Shown here: one piece after another, positions 57,725 to 64,000 of the stretch
How positions within the stretch are numbered: position 1 is the first letter of the stretch
Layout of the letters: each line of letters opens with the position of its first letter
Source of the DNA: a virus
DNA length: 64,000 bases
Virus record (IMG/VR): IMGVR_UViG_3300027822_000297
Strand: one strand, 5' to 3'
Translations under genes and position numbers: made by a program
Notes under the pieces: model-generated
The model's database searches: none
Told to the model about the DNA's origin: nothing
Seen by the model: the letters and a program-made list of their open reading frames with translations, nothing else

Positions 57725-58463
57725 TTGTTAACTCTTTTTCGTTTATCTTTTCTACCATCGCATTCATAACACCTATTAATTGATGTGATGCTTGTTTTAT
57801 GTTGCCGTATTGTGGGGTTATATTCCATAATGGGGTATGTCCATTCATTACTGATGTATAAGGTGTTCTTTGTGAAAGAAACGGTAAAATTTTGTTAGGA
57901 TAGTTAGAAATAAGCTGGCCTAATGCTATCTTGTGTTCTTTTGATAACCCACTAACAAAGTTAGGCATTAGGCCATACACATCTGTATGTGATGTTTTAT
58001 TAACTTTTTTTATTGTTGAAATTACGTTACTAACTCCATCTAATGCAAAATCACCCATATTAATAGGGATAAAAGCGCCATCTGATAATGACAATACAGC
58101 AAAAGTTAATTTTGATAGAGTGGGTGCCGTATCAAAAATTATATATTCATAACCTATTTCTTTTAATAATTCCTTGTTGGAATAAATAATCTCTCGATAA
58201 ATAGTGTTTACAGCTAAAATGCTTCTTGTTGAGGGAAAAACAAGTAAGTTAGTTAGCTTAATGTTATTTAGTTCTTTAGTGAAAAAATCGATAGCTAATG
58301 TTTTCGACAAATAAGGTTTAAAGAATCGCGTTCCATTCCCTTGCCCATCTGCATCTATAAAAACAACCTTATTTCCTAGCTCTGTTAAGCGGTGTGCTAA
58401 ATGTGTGGCATAAAATGTTTTCCCAACACCACCTTTTTCATTTGTAATTGTGATACCTTTCAT
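57717..58463 (-). CDS. parA: Partition ATPase ParA
   Basis: NEKGGVGKT, IDADGQGN, IFDTAP. Confidence 0.92.
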   Translation of the reverse strand: MKGITITNEKGGVGKTFYATHLAHRLTELGNKVVFIDADGQGNGTRFFKPYLSKTLAIDFFTKELNNIKLTNLLVFPSTRSILAVNTIYREIIYSNKELLKEIGYEYIIFDTAPTLSKLTFAVLSLSDGAFIPINMGDFALDGVSNVISTIKKVNKTSHTDVYGLMPNFVSGLSKEHKIALGQLISNYPNKILPFLSQRTPYTSVMNGHTPLWNITPQYGNIKQASHQLIGVMNAMVEKINEKELTNA

Positions 58464-59602
58464 TCCAGTTCATCCCTATATATATGCGTGAAATCAAGCT
58501 TCCTGGCTACAAAAACATTTATTCTTGCTCCATGATGAGCGTGGCCTGTTGGTTTTATTTTTAGGGCTTGCTCTAAGGCCATTTCAGATGATCGGTTAAA
58601 ATTAGCTTTGACATCTTGAATAGCTTGGGAATTGCCATCTGTTACCACACCAGCAGCAGCGGAAACGCCAGCATTAATAACTGATAATAATATTGAAGAA
58701 CCGAAACGTTGCCAAAAATGACTATCAATAAACATATGCTGTCCTGACCGTCCTAAAGGTCCAACACTTGGTGAATTAATATTAATAACATGCCCATCTT
58801 TGGTCATAACGGTTTCCCAAACAATAAATAATCTATTCACACCGAAATCAATACCACTTGCGTATTGTCCTATTAATCGGCTGCCACCAGGAATTAAGAC
58901 ACGCTGTCCATCCTTAGCGCGTTCTGAATAAACGTCACTACTTACTATTGCTCGTATTTTTCCAGGCAAAGACGAATGTATGGAAAAATCCAATATTGCC
59001 GGTATAATTTTCCCAGGTAACATTTTCATGTCTAAATGTTTTTCTAAGTAAGCGAAAGATTCATCTAATTTCTTAACATTTAATCTATCCTCTAATGTTG
59101 GCTCAGGCTCTTCTTGCGTTAGTGATTTAACTCCACTTAAGACTTCATTCATGTATTTACCTCGATCAAAACCTGCTGTGTGTTGACTTGGTGGGACTGG
59201 ATAACGATTGTCCTTTTTTTCTTTTTTATTTGTCCCCTTACTAACCTGTTTGTATTTATTTTTAAATTCCTCATAAACTATAGGTTTTTTTTTATGCTCA
59301 TGTTCCACATCTTTAGATTCCATGTCTTTTTCAATTTCCACAAGAGTTTGTTTCGCAGGTTCTTGTATATATTGACTAAACAAGGTGTTTTCTTCTACAA
59401 CGTCTAAAAACTCATCCTTTTTGCCTTTATTTTCTTTTTTATTACCATCACCACCCATGTTGAATAACACATAAATAAAAAGCAAAACTAAAAGAAAAAC
59501 AATAATATTTTTATTAAACCAATTTTTCTTCTCTTTTTGAACATTTCTGTCTTTTGGTACATAAATATCATCTTCGTTGTTTTCATTATCAATGAATGCC
59601 AT
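58460..59602 (-). CDS. virB10: T4SS core protein VirB10
   Basis: G.IIPA.L...I.S.LPG...A.V..DVY, IP.GS.L.G.Y, R.F.VW, GR.G, FW.RFG..IL. Confidence 0.93.
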   Translation of the reverse strand: MAFIDNENNEDDIYVPKDRNVQKEKKNWFNKNIIVFLLVLLFIYVLFNMGGDGNKKENKGKKDEFLDVVEENTLFSQYIQEPAKQTLVEIEKDMESKDVEHEHKKKPIVYEEFKNKYKQVSKGTNKKEKKDNRYPVPPSQHTAGFDRGKYMNEVLSGVKSLTQEEPEPTLEDRLNVKKLDESFAYLEKHLDMKMLPGKIIPAILDFSIHSSLPGKIRAIVSSDVYSERAKDGQRVLIPGGSRLIGQYASGIDFGVNRLFIVWETVMTKDGHVININSPSVGPLGRSGQHMFIDSHFWQRFGSSILLSVINAGVSAAAGVVTDGNSQAIQDVKANFNRSSEMALEQALKIKPTGHAHHGARINVFVARKLDFTHIYRDELE

Positions 59603-59605
59603 TAG

Positions 59606-60418
59606 TTATCCTTTTTCTTTAATAAAAGATTTAGGCTTTTTAAAACCATTATTAATAAGACAAACAGCTTCATCCCCTCTTCGTAATACAAATTTAGGTT
59701 TAATTGCTTCAATAACTAGATAACCACAGTCGTCTTGATGGTAATTAACTATTGTTTCGATGTTATCTTTACCCACAGCTTTTATGGATGAAAATTCACC
59801 ATCAATTAATAAATAAGTAAATTTATCGTCATTAAACATAAAGGTCGGTCTTAAATTCATTGACCCTTCAGCATCATATTCAAAATTAACGTTATCTAAG
59901 TTTGGAGCGCGGCAAGTTTTTAATTCTTTTCTTTTTCCCTTTTTTGCCAGCTTTTTTTCTTTTTTTCTTTCTTTAAGTTCGGCTCTAAGCCTAGCTTCGC
60001 GCGCAAAAGCAATCTCGTCACCAGGGTAATCAAATTTAAGCCGGTATGTTAAGTCTTTAGGTATTTTGCTTTTTTTGCCATGCGGCGGCTTAAAAGTGAA
60101 ATAATATGATCTTAGATTAGTATCAAACGTCATGTTTGTTGCTTCGCCTTTAGTTCTAGGCCAAACAATAACTTTATTTTTTTTGCTATCAAAATAAAAA
60201 ACACCTTCCATACCAAATTTAATAGTATCTTTTTGAACAATCTCATAAGGTGCAGTTATTATGTGTATGAAATATCCAAAGTGGCTCGATAATGGATAGG
60301 TTTCATTTTCATCATAAGTCACAACCTTTAGGCGAGAATCAGACAATTGATCCATTAGTTGCCTTTCAGCATAAACAGGTAATGAAAATATCAGTAAGAT
60401 AATTATATTTTTAATCAT
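59606..60418 (-). CDS. virB9: T4SS core protein VirB9
   Basis: D.R.K...YD, TN....T..RSY, NF.Y, P..MFND.KFTY, VNY...VIE...LR.G.E.VC. Confidence 0.9.
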   Translation of the reverse strand: MIKNIIILLIFSLPVYAERQLMDQLSDSRLKVVTYDENETYPLSSHFGYFIHIITAPYEIVQKDTIKFGMEGVFYFDSKKNKVIVWPRTKGEATNMTFDTNLRSYYFTFKPPHGKKSKIPKDLTYRLKFDYPGDEIAFAREARLRAELKERKKEKKLAKKGKRKELKTCRAPNLDNVNFEYDAEGSMNLRPTFMFNDDKFTYLLIDGEFSSIKAVGKDNIETIVNYHQDDCGYLVIEAIKPKFVLRRGDEAVCLINNGFKKPKSFIKEKG

Positions 60419-61158
60419 GTTCTTTTCTCGTTTTCTGCGTTTTGAATGTAACTTTCAACCATAAAACCATGTGGATTTCTTTCACGTCTTTCCGCATTAG
60501 TAGGTATTGATTTGTACTTATAAGTTAATGTTATTTTTATTGGTATATCAGGTTTAATTTTTAACTTTTCTGTTTTAGGTGTGTTCGGTGTCAGGATTGC
60601 GTGAGTAATAACAGTAAACTTATCTTCACTTAATGGAGTCATGGTTACTATTGATACATTTATTTGGCCTAATGCCTTGATAATGCTTGCTGGGCCTTTG
60701 TCATTTTTGGGATCAACATAATTAATATATTGTCTAGCTATTCTGGAATTTGACATTGCTGCAACACATTTTAAATTATCATTTCTTTTAGCTAAGGCAT
60801 ACCCTTCATAACATTCAATAAAGCGTCTTACATCAGCTTTTAAGAAAAGTTCTTGCTGCGAAATAGATAATGGCTCGCCTACTCTGTAAAGCGTCTTTAA
60901 TGCTCTATAACCTGTTCTTGAATCAATTTCTTCAACTTGAATATAATGATTAGATTTAGAAGCCATGAAGATAACACCGATAACAGAGATGGTTGTTACT
61001 ACACCATAAATAATTTCTCTTATTTTTGATCGTTTTAGGCGATCCGATAAATTTTTAAAATTATTCTCTTCCCATCGATTGCCTAGATCGACTAATTCTT
61101 GAGCAGATATTTCTCTTTGTGGTATTTTTTCTTTAAGCCGCCGTATTTTTTCAAGCAT
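60415..61158 (-). CDS. virB8: T4SS protein VirB8
   Basis: Single TM; FI..YEGY, R..NP.GF.V.SY; start moved to ATG 61158. Confidence 0.88.
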   Translation of the reverse strand: MLEKIRRLKEKIPQREISAQELVDLGNRWEENNFKNLSDRLKRSKIREIIYGVVTTISVIGVIFMASKSNHYIQVEEIDSRTGYRALKTLYRVGEPLSISQQELFLKADVRRFIECYEGYALAKRNDNLKCVAAMSNSRIARQYINYVDPKNDKGPASIIKALGQINVSIVTMTPLSEDKFTVITHAILTPNTPKTEKLKIKPDIPIKITLTYKYKSIPTNAERRERNPHGFMVESYIQNAENEKRT

Positions 61159-61279
61159 GTGTTGGACCGATTGGTTGCTTGTTATAACAAGAGCAAGGTG
61201 ATTCTGGGTCTTTAAGATCAGAATCAAATACAGCACAGCCTGATAAAAGTAATATTGCTAGTAATAAAATAGGTTTCAT
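61151..61279 (-). CDS. virB7: VirB7-like lipoprotein (42 aa)
   Basis: Own translation MKPILLLAILLLSGCAVF...; LSGC lipobox; position before virB8. Confidence 0.7.
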   Translation of the reverse strand: MKPILLLAILLLSGCAVFDSDLKDPESPCSCYNKQPIGPTHA

Positions 61280-61322
61280 AAGTATCCTTTTGTACAGTTG
61301 TAATAAATAAAGTTAAATTTTT

Positions 61323-61799
61323 TTAGTTTCTATGGATTAGGTGGTTGTTAATTTGATTATTTTGATCTTCAATTTTCTGTTGTTCGTCATTTATTAAATT
61401 ATGAAATCCATTTTGATAAAACATTACTTCTTGTGATGTCCACTCGTCAAACCCTGTTTCATTAAAACGCCTTTTATTCTTATATTGATCTAGGCGATAT
61501 TCTCTATCAAAATATTTAAGCTCAGCGCGTTTCTCAAGCCATCCATAAAAAGGGCTTATCCAGCGTAACAACAAATCAAATAAGTAAAGTAAGAGTCCTG
61601 ATGCGGCACTAATAACGCTATGCTCCAGAGCTTTCATATAAAGAATTTCGTTCCCACCAGATACAGCAAATAATAAACAAATAATTGCGCCTATACTAAA
61701 TAATATGATTCCTATTTTTAATAAAAAGGTTATCGGGTATTTAATAATGTAAAGAGGTATTGAAAAAAACCATCTTAAAATGATAAAAATAAACCTCAT
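61323..61799 (-). CDS. Inner-membrane protein of unknown function within the vir operon
   Basis: Two or three TM segments; coupled to virB6. Confidence 0.65.
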   Translation of the reverse strand: MRFIFIILRWFFSIPLYIIKYPITFLLKIGIILFSIGAIICLLFAVSGGNEILYMKALEHSVISAASGLLLYLFDLLLRWISPFYGWLEKRAELKYFDREYRLDQYKNKRRFNETGFDEWTSQEVMFYQNGFHNLINDEQQKIEDQNNQINNHLIHRN

Positions 61800-62710
61800 T
61801 TCCTTATTGTTCCCTGTGGAATTCTACTCATAACACCACCACCAAGACTTGCAGCGCCAGCACCAAAACGCTTACCCATATCATAAGCATTTCGTCTCGC
61901 TCTATATTCATCACCTAAACTAAAACCACCGGCAATACCCGCTGTCATTTGGGCAACTTGTTTTAATGCAACCCAATTTATAAAAGCTAGAATCATTACT
62001 ACAAGTGATTGTTTCAACATTGTCCATACATCAGGTGTATTAATCACATCAATTGCAATAGGTAACGTTACCATTGCCACGCCATAAGCAAACATAGGTA
62101 AAATTGCGTAATTTAATGTTTGTTGAATCCAAGTATCAAACATTCTTCCTGTAAAGCCAAATAGCGCCATAAATATAAATATTGGTCCAAATCCTAATAG
62201 AACAGAGAGCATTATTTTACTTAATATAATAATGACAAGTAGCCCCATAACGCCAACTATGGTTGAAACAAGCAATACAACGCCGATTATAATGCCTGAT
62301 CCCCAGCTTGAGGTTTGAAAAGCAAATGCTGTCGCATCTAAGCCTCTATCAAGATAATCACCGAGCAATGTATTCATTGTCGTTGGATCGTTTCCACCTA
62401 ACGATCCCATTGCGGAACCTGCAATTTCATTAGGTACTTCTGTAAATAACCCCACAAGTATTGAATAGTGGCTCCAATGCGTTGTAATGTAAATAATCAC
62501 TGTTGCTTTAATAAAGAACTGGAATAATTCATGCGCTTTATTTGGCGTTAATTTATAAATCCAAGCTATTCCGTAAGCAATTATCGCTAATGATATTAAT
62601 GTTTGCATTTGACTTGAAAGCCAAGCGCTAACACCACCAAAAGCTTGTTGGATATAAGTAACAACGGCGGCATCAATTAACGCCATGATGTAATCAACAG
62701 GATTTCCCAT
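61796..62710 (-). CDS. virB6: T4SS protein VirB6
   Basis: Polytopic; GPIFI....F..T...F..W. Confidence 0.9.
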   Translation of the reverse strand: MGNPVDYIMALIDAAVVTYIQQAFGGVSAWLSSQMQTLISLAIIAYGIAWIYKLTPNKAHELFQFFIKATVIIYITTHWSHYSILVGLFTEVPNEIAGSAMGSLGGNDPTTMNTLLGDYLDRGLDATAFAFQTSSWGSGIIIGVVLLVSTIVGVMGLLVIIILSKIMLSVLLGFGPIFIFMALFGFTGRMFDTWIQQTLNYAILPMFAYGVAMVTLPIAIDVINTPDVWTMLKQSLVVMILAFINWVALKQVAQMTAGIAGGFSLGDEYRARRNAYDMGKRFGAGAASLGGGVMSRIPQGTIRK

Positions 62711-62711
62711 A

Positions 62712-63539
62712 TTAGAATTCCACGGTTGGCCTTAAATAAGCTTGATTATCAATACCAATTCGTCTCATTTTATCAACCTCAGTATCATTGACTCTTTTTA
62801 ATAATGCGGCAGACAATCTATTACCCTCGTTGATATTAACTGAAATATCACCTAAAAAAGCATTACGTAAATCATCTTTCTCTCTTGGATGATAAGCAAC
62901 ATCAATACGATCAATTAGTTGGTTTGTTGTATCGATATGTTCTTCAACTTGATCATAAGAAGTCTCTGCCAATGCCGAATAAGCTTTGTTTAAATTAAAA
63001 TCTTCTTCATAAACATCTTTAGTATGTATAGATGATGGAGGCAATGTTCCTAATGATGGATGTACTTCAAAAACACGACTTGGCAAATAAAGTCGATTTC
63101 CTGTTTGGAATCTATCTGCTGCCCGAGTTAATCTCCCATAAGAACCCCATATTGTGTGATGTAATCCATCAGCCTGGCCAACAAGATCATTAAATCGCTC
63201 AGGTGCGTAGTTACGTAATTCACGACTCCCTAACGCATTCATAATGCTTCCCCAGCCTGGATTCCCAGTTATAGCCTCGTAGTGATAAACAGCTTGATTA
63301 TAAATTCTTAATGCTTCTACAGCGGTTTTATATGTTTGAATAGCAGTCTGAATTTGTTCATTCTGAATGACTGCTTGATAGCCTGTTTGAATGGTTGTTT
63401 CTGCTGTTGTGTAAGCAGTTTCTACCGCATTTAATATATCTTGTGGTATGTCAAAGTAATCAAAAACAGGTAAAAAAGTTGCATTTGCATTAGTTTGATA
63501 AAAAACAAGTAATAGTATAAGTAATCTTTTTTTAAACAT
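62712..63539 (-). CDS. virB5: T4SS minor pilin VirB5-like
   Basis: Signal peptide; helical; Y.AITG..G.G, LI..ID..Y..REK.DL. Confidence 0.75.
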   Translation of the reverse strand: MFKKRLLILLLVFYQTNANATFLPVFDYFDIPQDILNAVETAYTTAETTIQTGYQAVIQNEQIQTAIQTYKTAVEALRIYNQAVYHYEAITGNPGWGSIMNALGSRELRNYAPERFNDLVGQADGLHHTIWGSYGRLTRAADRFQTGNRLYLPSRVFEVHPSLGTLPPSSIHTKDVYEEDFNLNKAYSALAETSYDQVEEHIDTTNQLIDRIDVAYHPREKDDLRNAFLGDISVNINEGNRLSAALLKRVNDTEVDKMRRIGIDNQAYLRPTVEF

Positions 63540-64000
63540 TTTTTGCTTCCTCCAGATAAGGTTTTTCCCATTTATCATCCCCATACTTTTCAACACATTC
63601 TTCAAATATATGAATTAGGTTTTTTCCTGCTGAAGCATAAGGAAGATATTCTTTTATTTTCTCTAAATTAAAATTATGAACAGATGATTTATTTCCTTTT
63701 TTTAATACAAATCGCCTTGATCCGCGCGTTGATGTCTTTATAATATTAAATTCTTTTCTTGTTGTTTTAAATCGCTTGTAATCTTCATATTCTGCCTTAG
63801 GATTAGATAAAAATATTGATGTACCAATTTGTTCTACAATGGTTTTAGCAATTTTTGAATCGATAGCATCAGAAGGTGATTGACTAGTAAAAATATACAT
63901 AATATTTTTATCCCTATCCATTTTTAATCCTTTTTTCATTTTATTGACGAAATAATCATCTTCCAACGTTTGATGAAATTCTTCAAAAACAATCATACTT
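63532..64000 (-). CDS. virB4: T4SS ATPase VirB4, C-terminal part
   Basis: FEEFH Walker B region, F.SQSPSDA, IFL.NPKA..EDY, T..EF.II. Confidence 0.9.
   Translation of the reverse strand, partial: SMIVFEEFHQTLEDDYFVNKMKKGLKMDRDKNIMYIFTSQSPSDAIDSKIAKTIVEQIGTSIFLSNPKAEYEDYKRFKTTRKEFNIIKTSTRGSRRFVLKKGNKSSVHNFNLEKIKEYLPYASAGKNLIHIFEECVEKYGDDKWEKPYLEEAKNV

Larger units (their letters stand above)
52909..64000 (-). mobile_element. Conjugative-type VirB/VirD4 T4SS region (plasmid/ICE-like), continues beyond the window
   Basis: virB4-5-6-x-7-8-9-10-parA-parB-virB11-virD4 plus LPD7. Confidence 0.9.

Overview
AT-rich window (about one-third GC by eye) with two convergent blocks. (1) Positions ~1-49,073 hold a near-complete siphovirus-type phage. 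It has a leftward replication operon with iterons and a ~900 bp RNA-rich control region with no visible CI/Cro gene. Rightward come RecT/YqaJ/SSB recombination genes, many small accessory ORFs behind a repeated promoter, a DNA-modification module, tRNA-Glu, lysis genes, terminase, head and long non-contractile tail genes. Accessory cargo includes two exosortase-type VPLPA/PEP-CTERM proteins and a secreted hydrolase. (2) Positions ~49,254-64,000 (minus strand) hold a nuclease, an IS607 remnant, a secreted polysaccharide-lyase/LamG protein, an LPD7 protein and a VirB/VirD4 type IV secretion operon with parA-parB inside it. No integrase, relaxase or att site is visible. The strongest candidate for a new system is a 69-nt D-armless tRNA-Gly mimic (18,958-19,026) inside the last codons of a Mom-family DNA adenine-hypermodification gene. 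It carries the tRNA-Gly identity elements and features that should exclude it from translation, so it may be a private glycyl donor for the enzyme. All family assignments come from motif recognition by eye; no database search was run.
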